Below, in pieces: positions 7,782-14,595 of a DNA stretch of 14,782 nt. Location: positions 1-14,782 of the forward strand of contig JANMQV010000004.1 of assembly GCA_031370645.1 (NCBI GenBank), written 5' to 3'. Both the position numbers and the translations under genes were made by a program. Each line of letters opens with the position of its first letter. The first letter of the stretch is position 1. The notes under the pieces were generated by a model that worked only from the letters and a program-made list of their open reading frames with translations, was not told the origin of the DNA and made no database searches. The DNA is from Candidatus Eiseniibacteriota bacterium (GTDB lineage Bacteria; Eisenbacteria; RBG-16-71-46; SZUA-252).

Positions 7782-9508
7782 GAGTTGTTCTCCAGGGACA
7801 GGGGGTCGAATGGATCGGGCGGAGCGCCGGGTGCTTCGCCGTCGGATTCGGAGGACTTCGCGGCCGGAGCCACCGGAATCGTGGCGCCCGAACCGAGCGG
7901 GTCGAGTTCGGCGCGCTCCGCCGGGGCGGCCGCCTCGCGAACTTCGTTCGCGGGGACGTCCAGACGCGGGCGCGAGCGTTTTTCCATCTTCTCCAACACG
8001 GCCAGGAACGTCTCGACGAGCGCGGGGTCGAACGGCGTCCCCCAGTTCTCCGAGATCACCTGCCGCGCCTTTTCGTACGGGAGCGCCCGGCGATAGGGGC
8101 GTTCGCTCGTCATCGCCACATAGGCGTCCACCAGCGACACGATCCGAGCGCCGATCGGGATTTCCTGCCCCTTGATCCCCACGGGATAGCCGTCGCCGCC
8201 CCAGCGCTCGTGATGGTTCAGCACGACCTCCACGACTTCGCGCGGCAGGTTCATCTCCTCGATGATCTGCGCACCCCGCGTCGGGTGCTGCTTGATCATC
8301 GACCACTCCTCCTCAGAGAGATGCGCCGGGTTCTTCAAGATCAGATGGCTCACCGCGATCATGCCGATGTCGCGGAGCACGGCACCGTAGATGAGGCCCT
8401 TCAACTGCTCCTGCGGCAACTGAAGCACGCGGGCCATAGCGGTCACGAATCGAACGACGCGCTCGGTACTTCCCTTCGCGTAGACATCGCGGCTTTCGAT
8501 GAGCGACATCATTCCGCGGACGAGGCCCAGATTCCGTTCCTCGGCCTGGCGGTGAAACCGCGCGTTCGCGATGGCGACCGCGGCCTGGTGTGCCAGAATG
8601 GTGAGGAGGTCGCGCTCATCCTCCTGGAAGGCGCGCCGACCACCTCGTCCCCCGAGGAAAAGCATCCCGATCAGATCCTGACGGATCCAGAGCGCGATCC
8701 CCCACTGGAGCCCGGAACGGCGGAGGAGTTCGGAGATCTCGGAAGCGTCCGCGTCCGGCTGACCGCCGACCATCGCTTCCTGCGATGCCGATGGCGCATC
8801 CACCGCGCCGAGATCGATAAAGATTCCATGCCGCGCGAGCGATTCGATCGTTGCGATCGGGAGAAGCAAGTCGCGGAAGTGATGCTGGCCGAATCCGCGC
8901 ACCTGGCGCGGCGCCATCTGCCCTTCGTGGTCCGGGTCGACGAGGAAGAGCGCGAGGCGCTCCACGCCGAACTGTCCCATCACGCTGAGACTGAAAAGAT
9001 TCAGAACCGCGTCGAGATCGCGCGCGAGGTTCAACCCCTGCGTGATCTCGAAGAGGCTCCGGAATTCGACGATCTTTCGCCGCAACTTGAGGTGGAGCGC
9101 CTGGTACTCCGCGGCGCTCGGACCCGGTGCCGCCGGGGAGGACGCGGTCGCTGCGTTGGCCGTGCCGCCGTTGCCATTGGCCACCTTGCCGGCGGCCGCG
9201 ACGTTCGAGGCATAGATCAGGGCTCCGGTGCCGACGAGCGCCTCGCGAACGCCACCACCGACGCCGTGAACCACGATCCGCCGTTCCGTGCTTTCGTAGA
9301 CGCGCGCCTGACGCTCGAGGACGGCGATTCCGAGCGTGGAAATCTCGCTCACCGACTCCACGTCGAGATGAACTTCCCTGGCGTCACGGGCCTGGCACCG
9401 AAACAGGAGCCGATCGAGCACTCGCGCGCCGTCGGCGTCGATGACACCGCGGAGCGCGAATCGGAATTCGTCGCGCGGAGCGAGCCGTTCGAGCGTGAGC
9501 TGCTTCAT
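7778..9508 (-). CDS. STAS-GAF-HD-GYP protein with a degenerate metal-binding site (probably a catalytically inactive phosphodiesterase homologue)
   Basis: STAS-like N-terminus (FALRGVIDADGA...VHLDVESVSEISTLGIAVL) and a GAF ending HQAAVAIANARF. The HD-GYP region has HHERWGGDGYPVG and RPYR, but LRDIGM replaces LHDIGK and YAKGSTERV replaces YTxGHxERV. The start overlaps the upstream stop (ATGA). Confidence 0.9.
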   Translation of the reverse strand: MKQLTLERLAPRDEFRFALRGVIDADGARVLDRLLFRCQARDAREVHLDVESVSEISTLGIAVLERQARVYESTERRIVVHGVGGGVREALVGTGALIYASNVAAAGKVANGNGGTANAATASSPAAPGPSAAEYQALHLKLRRKIVEFRSLFEITQGLNLARDLDAVLNLFSLSVMGQFGVERLALFLVDPDHEGQMAPRQVRGFGQHHFRDLLLPIATIESLARHGIFIDLGAVDAPSASQEAMVGGQPDADASEISELLRRSGLQWGIALWIRQDLIGMLFLGGRGGRRAFQEDERDLLTILAHQAAVAIANARFHRQAEERNLGLVRGMMSLIESRDVYAKGSTERVVRFVTAMARVLQLPQEQLKGLIYGAVLRDIGMIAVSHLILKNPAHLSEEEWSMIKQHPTRGAQIIEEMNLPREVVEVVLNHHERWGGDGYPVGIKGQEIPIGARIVSLVDAYVAMTSERPYRRALPYEKARQVISENWGTPFDPALVETFLAVLEKMEKRSRPRLDVPANEVREAAAPAERAELDPLGSGATIPVAPAAKSSESDGEAPGAPPDPFDPLSLENNS

Positions 9509-11232
9509 GCCGTTCCGTCCCCGCCTCCGCCCGGTGCCTCGCTCCCTCCGAACGCCGCGCCTCGCAGCCGGCGCATGACGGCCGCCGGATGGAGCACGAG
9601 CGTCACCTGCCCGTCGCTACCGATGATTCCACCGAACACCTCTTCCACCGGGTAGAGCCGCGGCGGAAGCGGCGAGAGGCGCGCGTTCTCGCGCCAGACG
9701 ATTCGATCGAAGCCGATGGCGCCCGTCCCGCCCCCGCAGCGAAGGACGGCGAGCGGCCCGTTCGAGGGCTTCGCCGTTTCGCTGGCGCGACGAGGAAGCG
9801 CGTCGGAGATTTCGATGGCCGTGAAGAGCGACGAAAGCGGAACGACCTCGGGCTGATCGGTACCGCCCACCCAGGAGAGTTCGTCGGCGCTCGAACAGAT
9901 TCGGTCGATGGAGCTCCAAGGGAGCGCCACCCGCTGGCCCGCCGCCTCGACGATGAGGAAGCCACGAAGGGAGCGCGCCATCGGGAACTGGAGATGCAGG
10001 AGTTCGGAACCGTTCTGCCCCGCTTGAATCGTGACGAATCCGCCGAGTTCCTCCAGTCCGCTCTCCAATTGCTGGAGAGCGTCGGGCTCGAAGCGCACGC
10101 GTCCCTCGATGGCGATACGCGCCTCCAGTCCCTCGCGGGCGGCCGTGAGCCGAAGCTCGCGCGTCACCTCGCCCTCGGGGGACACCGCCGTTTCGAGGAG
10201 CCGAAAGAGCAGGGGAAGGAGTATGGCGCCGATCTCCGGTTCGAAGCCCACTCCGCCCGTGTGGACGGTGAGGACGCTTCGCCTGGAGTCTGTGTCGCGA
10301 CGCGAGGCCGCGGCGTAGAACTCGTCGATGAAACGATCGAGCGGATCAAGGAATTCCCAGAGCAGATGCTCGTCGAGATCGCGCGCCCGCCGTTCGAGCG
10401 AGAACTGGATGCCGAGGAGCTGATGGAGATCGTGGACGAGCGTTCGCATCCCGCCCGCCACTTCCTCCAGTTTCTGATGGATCTGAATGGCTCGGGCAGC
10501 GACGGTCGGACCGGGATTCGTGCGCCGGCGGCCGCTCGTGGCGGCGGCGTCCGCCGCGGCGGGTCCGCCGCGCGCCGGATCGATCGCCTTCATGAGCCCG
10601 TCCCACTCGGTGAGGACGCTCTGCATGGAGCGGAGCGTGCCGCCGAGGCCGTCGCTGATCGCGCCGATCCGGTCGTTCTGATGCACGAGCGAGGACTTGA
10701 TCTCGAAGGTGAGCGCGAGGAGGTTCTCGCGAGGCGCCATGTCGGGCGTGACGTCGTCGATGACGCCGCGAGAGGCGTTCAGAGCCTCGGTCTTCGCGCG
10801 GCCGAGCCGGGCGCGCAGCTGATCGACCGCATCGCCGACGGAGGCGGCGTGCGCGAGAAGTGCCGCGAAGCCGTCGGTCCGAAGCTGCTCGGCGAGCTTC
10901 TCCTGCGTCTCGAGCGCGACGCGACAGTGCGTCACGAGTTCCTGGCGCTGCGCCGGGCGGAGGCTCCCCAATTGGTGGAGCGTCTCCCGGAGTTCCCGCG
11001 CCAACGACGCGACCGTGCCGATGTCGAGCCACTCGGCGCTCCGCTCCACGAGCCGGACCGAGAGTTCGACGAGCGGGCCCATCTCGTGCCCCTCCAGCTC
11101 GGGCGTGTCGCTGTCGAGGAAGCGCCGAACGATTTCGATCTCTTCGTGAATGAGCGCGCTGAACGTCGCGCTGAGGCGTGACATCATCTGTTCGTTATTC
11201 AGGTGTTCCGAAGCGGCGGTGCGCATGGTCAT
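9505..11232 (-). CDS. cheA: CheA-like protein (Hpt-like, dimerisation, degenerate HATPase, CheW/P5 domains), predicted pseudokinase
   Basis: The C-terminus matches the CheA P4/P5 region: LEELGGFVTIQ...LHLQFPMARSLRGFLIVEAAGQRVALPWSSI and VFGGIIGSDGQVTLVLHP. DLDEHLLWEFLDPLDRFIDEF resembles the P3/P4 junction (eLqe.vm..RmvPl..lF.rF). The N-terminal helices fit the Hpt pattern. It lies next to an MCP and cheW and has a GGAG RBS. Catalytic boxes are absent, but the frame is intact. Confidence 0.82.
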   Translation of the reverse strand: MTMRTAASEHLNNEQMMSRLSATFSALIHEEIEIVRRFLDSDTPELEGHEMGPLVELSVRLVERSAEWLDIGTVASLARELRETLHQLGSLRPAQRQELVTHCRVALETQEKLAEQLRTDGFAALLAHAASVGDAVDQLRARLGRAKTEALNASRGVIDDVTPDMAPRENLLALTFEIKSSLVHQNDRIGAISDGLGGTLRSMQSVLTEWDGLMKAIDPARGGPAAADAAATSGRRRTNPGPTVAARAIQIHQKLEEVAGGMRTLVHDLHQLLGIQFSLERRARDLDEHLLWEFLDPLDRFIDEFYAAASRRDTDSRRSVLTVHTGGVGFEPEIGAILLPLLFRLLETAVSPEGEVTRELRLTAAREGLEARIAIEGRVRFEPDALQQLESGLEELGGFVTIQAGQNGSELLHLQFPMARSLRGFLIVEAAGQRVALPWSSIDRICSSADELSWVGGTDQPEVVPLSSLFTAIEISDALPRRASETAKPSNGPLAVLRCGGGTGAIGFDRIVWRENARLSPLPPRLYPVEEVFGGIIGSDGQVTLVLHPAAVMRRLRGAAFGGSEAPGGGGDGTA

Positions 11233-11244
11233 CCCTGCTCCGTC

Positions 11245-12822
11245 TTAACTGCGGTGACGCGGCTCGATCCCCTCGAGCCAGTCGGGAATCTTCGGTAGGA
11301 CCAATGAGGCCGGATCGCCCGAACCGTGAGGTTCGGTGGTCGCCGAAGGCGCCGGCGAATCGGGACCGTCCGATCCATCCACCGCCTCCGTCGTCGTTGC
11401 TTCCGCGGGGGTCGACTCCAGGCGCGACGGCTCTTCCGGTACAACCGGCTCGGAATTCGAAACCGTCGGCTCGAATCCTCCGAACGCGACGTTACCGAAG
11501 TCGTTGTGCGTTTCGGACGGAGCGTCATGCGACGCCACGGAAGGCAGGGCGGTGCGCTCCTCGGCGTCCACAAAGCTCACGTGGACGTCGGCCGCGTCCG
11601 CTTCGGACGATTCGGATAGCGTGGGTGCGTGCACATAGGCGGGCCGATCGCTCGTATCGGACTCGACCGCGGCCGAAGCGACGGGGGCGTCGACCGCCAC
11701 CGGCTCCTCACGGCGGACGGCCGTCTTCTCGCGAAGAACGCGAACGCGGTGGAGTAGCGACTGGAGTGCCGTCACGGTCTCCGGCGCGACGCCGTGCGTG
11801 GCGGCTCCGGCGCCCGGTCCCATGGAGGCGACCGCCGCCTTCGCGTCCTCGCTGCTTTCTTGGATGGATGAGATCGTCTCGCAGACCTTGATCTCGATTT
11901 CACCCGAGAGGCGGGAGATCGTGTCGGTTGCTTCGCGCGCGTATTCGGCCAGGCGGCGCGTCTCCTCGGCGATCGAGGCGAAGGCCTCGCTCCCCGAACG
12001 CGTCGCTTCGAGCGCAGCGTTCAAGGCGAGGAGCGTCGCGCGATTCGTCACACGCTCCGCCACGCCCGCCAACTCGCTCGCGCGCATGAGGCCGGCGGCA
12101 AGGTCTTCGATACCGTCGGCAGCGGTCTGCACCAGGGCGTCCACCATCTTGGCCGGCGACGAATCGTGAACCGTCGAACCGGTGGAGCGTTCCGCTTGGA
12201 GCGACGTGACGACCGGCTCCAAGTCGTGCTCGATGGCGTTCAGTTCCTCACGAATCGGCTGGAGCGCTTCCTCCAGTTCGCGGATGACCGCCGCTCGGTC
12301 GTACGCCGGGGCGGAGACGCTCACCGCGTCGTTCTTGCGGACGCCTCCCACCAACTCTTCCTCGCCGTGCGAAGGGCTCGGCACGAACGCTCGCGGCGTT
12401 CCACCGTGCTCTTCGACCTCGCGGCGGACGCGCTCGACTTCCTGAACGGCGAGCGTCGCGGTCCGCTGCGCTTCGACGTGACCGACCGCTTGTGCGTAGA
12501 GCGTGGCCCAAGGCTCGGCGCGGAAACGCGACGGAGGGGTGGCGGGCGCGTTCTCGGCGGTGACCGCCTCGAGAAGCGCGATTGCCTTCACGTCGGGGGG
12601 CGTGCTCTTGATCGTCACGAACGTGGCGACGGACGCGCCCGCGACCGCGATGACCGCTGCGACGGCCAATCCGAGGAAGTCGCCCAAACCGTAGGCGCTA
12701 CCTGCAGCGCCGAGCCCCGTGAGGAGCACGACGGTGAAGATCGCGGCCGTCGGCGAGGGGGGCGACGAAGGCGCTCCCTGGCTCTTCGGAGATTCGTGGT
12801 GATCGCGACCTACGTCCGTCAT
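11245..12822 (-). CDS. Atypical chemoreceptor (MCP-like, 525 aa): hairpin of two TM helices with no extracellular sensor, short divergent signalling domain, long acidic tail
   Basis: ATG 12822 is preceded by AAGGAG. The hydrophobic stretch is AAIFTVVLLTGLGAAGSAYGLGDFLGLAVAAVIAVAGASVATFVTI. The MCP tip-like motif is RATLLALNAALEATRSGSEAFASIAEETRRLAEYAREATDTI. The gene lies between cheW and the cheA-like gene. Confidence 0.85.
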   Translation of the reverse strand: MTDVGRDHHESPKSQGAPSSPPSPTAAIFTVVLLTGLGAAGSAYGLGDFLGLAVAAVIAVAGASVATFVTIKSTPPDVKAIALLEAVTAENAPATPPSRFRAEPWATLYAQAVGHVEAQRTATLAVQEVERVRREVEEHGGTPRAFVPSPSHGEEELVGGVRKNDAVSVSAPAYDRAAVIRELEEALQPIREELNAIEHDLEPVVTSLQAERSTGSTVHDSSPAKMVDALVQTAADGIEDLAAGLMRASELAGVAERVTNRATLLALNAALEATRSGSEAFASIAEETRRLAEYAREATDTISRLSGEIEIKVCETISSIQESSEDAKAAVASMGPGAGAATHGVAPETVTALQSLLHRVRVLREKTAVRREEPVAVDAPVASAAVESDTSDRPAYVHAPTLSESSEADAADVHVSFVDAEERTALPSVASHDAPSETHNDFGNVAFGGFEPTVSNSEPVVPEEPSRLESTPAEATTTEAVDGSDGPDSPAPSATTEPHGSGDPASLVLPKIPDWLEGIEPRHRS

Positions 12823-12841
12823 GGCGCGCTCCTTTGCTTGC

Positions 12842-13336
12842 TCAACGACCGCCGATCCCACTCAGCCGGAAGGCGGCCGGGGGAGCGATCGAATCCATCA
12901 GGGACCAGTAGTCGAGACCGAGAACTTCCCGGCCGGCGATTTCATAGATAGCGAGGACGGCCGGCTCGTCGCGCTCGGCGTCCGGCTCGGCCGCCGGAAG
13001 TTCGCGATGCTGGGCGTCGCGCGAGAGCACGAGCCGCGGCATGCCGCGAACGAGAATCGCGAAGCGATCGGTTCCGCGCTCTAGCACCACCGCATACGCG
13101 CCGGCGCTGGTCGACTCTTCCACATGGAGCGCGGCCGCGAGGTCGAGTACCGGCACGACGCCGCCACGAAACGCCACGACGCCGGCCACCGGCCCGTTCC
13201 GGCCGGGGAGGAGCGAGAGCCGATCCGCGTCGAGAAGTCCGGCCACCTCTTCGACCGGCGCCGCATAGCGAGCGGCGCCCACATCGAAGGTGATCAGACC
13301 GCGCGTGGCGAGAACGGACCGCAGTGGCTCTTCCAT
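12842..13336 (-). CDS. cheW: CheW scaffolding protein (164 aa)
   Basis: ATG 13336 has GGAG upstream. LITFDVGAARYAAPVEEV...LLPGRNGPVAGVVAFRGGVVPVLDL...RFAILV matches the CheW pattern. Confidence 0.9.
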   Translation of the reverse strand: MEEPLRSVLATRGLITFDVGAARYAAPVEEVAGLLDADRLSLLPGRNGPVAGVVAFRGGVVPVLDLAAALHVEESTSAGAYAVVLERGTDRFAILVRGMPRLVLSRDAQHRELPAAEPDAERDEPAVLAIYEIAGREVLGLDYWSLMDSIAPPAAFRLSGIGGR

Positions 13337-13389
13337 CGTTGGCGCTCCGAGGCCGCGAAGGCTTGGGACATGAAGCAGATAAGTGGAAG

Positions 13390-13404
13390 GCAAGGAGCAT
13401 GCCA
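13390..13404 (-). promoter_or_regulatory. Sigma-54 (RpoN) -24/-12 promoter for the cheW-mcp-cheA-HD-GYP operon
   Basis: The minus strand reads TGGCAT-GCTCC-TTGC against the consensus TGGCAC-N5-TTGC, with exact GG-N10-GC spacing. The predicted start near 13378 is about 40 nt upstream of the cheW ATG. Confidence 0.8.
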
Positions 13405-13648
13405 CGAAGCAGCTTTCGCGCCCGGGCGTAACTCCCTGTCTTCCTTCTGCTTCCCTACGTTCCTATCGGCGGGGCAGAAGCGTTCCGGAGCGAATTCAGC
13501 CAGGGGGTGGTTGGCACGTTGCAATCCTGGCCGCAAAACGCAATCAAGCTCGGTCAAGGCGCGAAATTCCACCCAGTCATAGGGCTGAAACAAACCAGCG
13601 GTGGATCGAAGGAGCCGCCGATCGCGTACGGATGGATTCTGGCCATGC

Positions 13649-13669
13649 GGTGTAGTGCGCTGCCACACC
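13649..13669. promoter_or_regulatory. Palindrome GGTGT-N11-ACACC, candidate enhancer-binding-protein site
   Basis: A perfect 5-bp inverted repeat with a TGT-N11-ACA core lies between the two divergent sigma-54-like promoters. Confidence 0.3.
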
Positions 13670-13705
13670 AATGGTTAGGCGACTCGATTCCCCCCACAAG
13701 AGTTG

Positions 13706-13721
13706 CGGCACGGCATGTGCA
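13706..13721 (+). promoter_or_regulatory. Sigma-54-like -24/-12 promoter for the divergent hypothetical gene
   Basis: CGGCAC-GGCAT-GTGCA has exact GG-N10-GC spacing with GGCACG and TGCA cores. The predicted start near 13732 is about 60 nt upstream of ATG 13793. Confidence 0.62.
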
Positions 13722-13728
13722 GAGAGTG

Positions 13729-13777
13729 TCGGACGTGCGTTGCGGTGGTGCAGGGCCGCGACCGACGAAACGTCCGA
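13729..13777 (+). promoter_or_regulatory. Stem-loop occupying the predicted 5' leader
   Basis: TCGGACGT (13729-13736) pairs perfectly with ACGTCCGA (13770-13777). The inner stem GTTGCGGT/GCCGCGAC has two G-U pairs. The structure ends just before the purine-rich RBS. Confidence 0.5.
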
Positions 13778-13792
13778 AAGGGGGAGAGGGTC

Positions 13793-14572
13793 ATGGCGGG
13801 TACGAGAAAGGTCGTCGCGGGAAAGTCGGCTCCACGGAAGGTGCGACCGCACGCCTATGTCGCCATGAACTGTCTTCTGCTGACGCGAGCGGAAGGTACG
13901 CCTCAAAACGGCGATCCACTACCGCAAGAGGATGTGAACGCGTACCTCGAGGCGCTTCGCGACCAATTGGAAGCGAACGTGCCGCTCCCTCCGGAGCGGA
14001 CGCGACTCCTGTCGCGCTACGACATCGCCGCGTGGCGGCGGTTGGCCGGCACGAGCCGCGGCTCGCTCAAGTATCAGGTGCTTCGCACGCCGACCGATCT
14101 CCTTCTCGTCTCGGTGGGAATCTTCGAGCAGAGCGGCCCCTACATTCCGAGCCGTCGCGAGGGGATGCTCCCGGGTGAGGAGGCCGACATGGGCCGGAGC
14201 CCCGGTTGGTATCACTTCTCGTACACGTACGGCGAACTCCTCGAGAACCCGACGTCGACGCTCAGTTCGGTGCTCGAGAAGCTCACGGTAAGTTTGGAGC
14301 GCTATCACAAGATGCTGTCGCACATGAAGGGCGAGTACTGGAGCATGGCGTCCCGATTCGAAGACGCCCAGGTGATCCGCATCGAGCGCACCGTAGACGA
14401 GGAAGCCCGGGAACTGGCGATTCGCGCCATGCAGGACCGGCTTCTCGACGCCTACGCGGAGTGGAAGAAGACGGGCGCCCGGAAACACCTCGACCAGATC
14501 CGCGGCATCGCTCGCGAGATCCGGACTCTCTCGCCTGACTTCACTTTCTCGCTTCCGGCGGGAGGTAAGTAG
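13793..14572 (+). CDS. Hypothetical cytoplasmic protein (259 aa), no family recognised
   Basis: A strong purine-rich RBS (AAAGGGGGAGAGGG) precedes ATG 13793. Third codon positions are GC-rich and the amino-acid composition is globular. The ORF is flanked by a promoter-like motif and terminator-like hairpins. Confidence 0.85.
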   Translation: MAGTRKVVAGKSAPRKVRPHAYVAMNCLLLTRAEGTPQNGDPLPQEDVNAYLEALRDQLEANVPLPPERTRLLSRYDIAAWRRLAGTSRGSLKYQVLRTPTDLLLVSVGIFEQSGPYIPSRREGMLPGEEADMGRSPGWYHFSYTYGELLENPTSTLSSVLEKLTVSLERYHKMLSHMKGEYWSMASRFEDAQVIRIERTVDEEARELAIRAMQDRLLDAYAEWKKTGARKHLDQIRGIAREIRTLSPDFTFSLPAGGK

Positions 14573-14595
14573 CCGGAGCGAAACACGGTCCCCCC

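Noticed and set aside
7782-8306. 175-aa N-terminal extension of the REC-GAF-HD-GYP ORF in the ORF track
   Set aside because: It overlaps the upstream gene in another frame and is Arg/Gly-rich noise. GTG 7781 has an RBS and a GTGA overlap.
8210-11181. Long + strand ORFs 8210-9655 and 9589-11181
   Set aside because: They lie antisense to the HD-GYP and CheA-like genes. Such stop-poor shadow frames are expected at this GC content, and they show no motifs.
9505-12822. Calling the CheA-like and MCP-like genes pseudogenes
   Set aside because: There are no frameshifts or internal stops, RBSs and translational coupling are retained, codon usage is normal, and interaction domains are selectively preserved. 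Neutral decay cannot be fully excluded without orthologues.
13337-13405. N-terminal extension of cheW to 13405
   Set aside because: It would start inside the sigma-54 promoter motif, whereas ATG 13336 has a GGAG RBS.
13542-13554. Possible IHF site AATCAAGCTCGGT
   Set aside because: It matches WATCAA but lacks the downstream TTR of WATCAA-N4-TTR.
13337-13792. c-di-GMP riboswitch, tRNA or hammerhead ribozyme in the intergenic region
   Set aside because: I could not find the GEMM-I two-hairpin consensus, a tRNA cloverleaf with T-loop, or a CUGANGA core. A cmscan against Rfam would be decisive.
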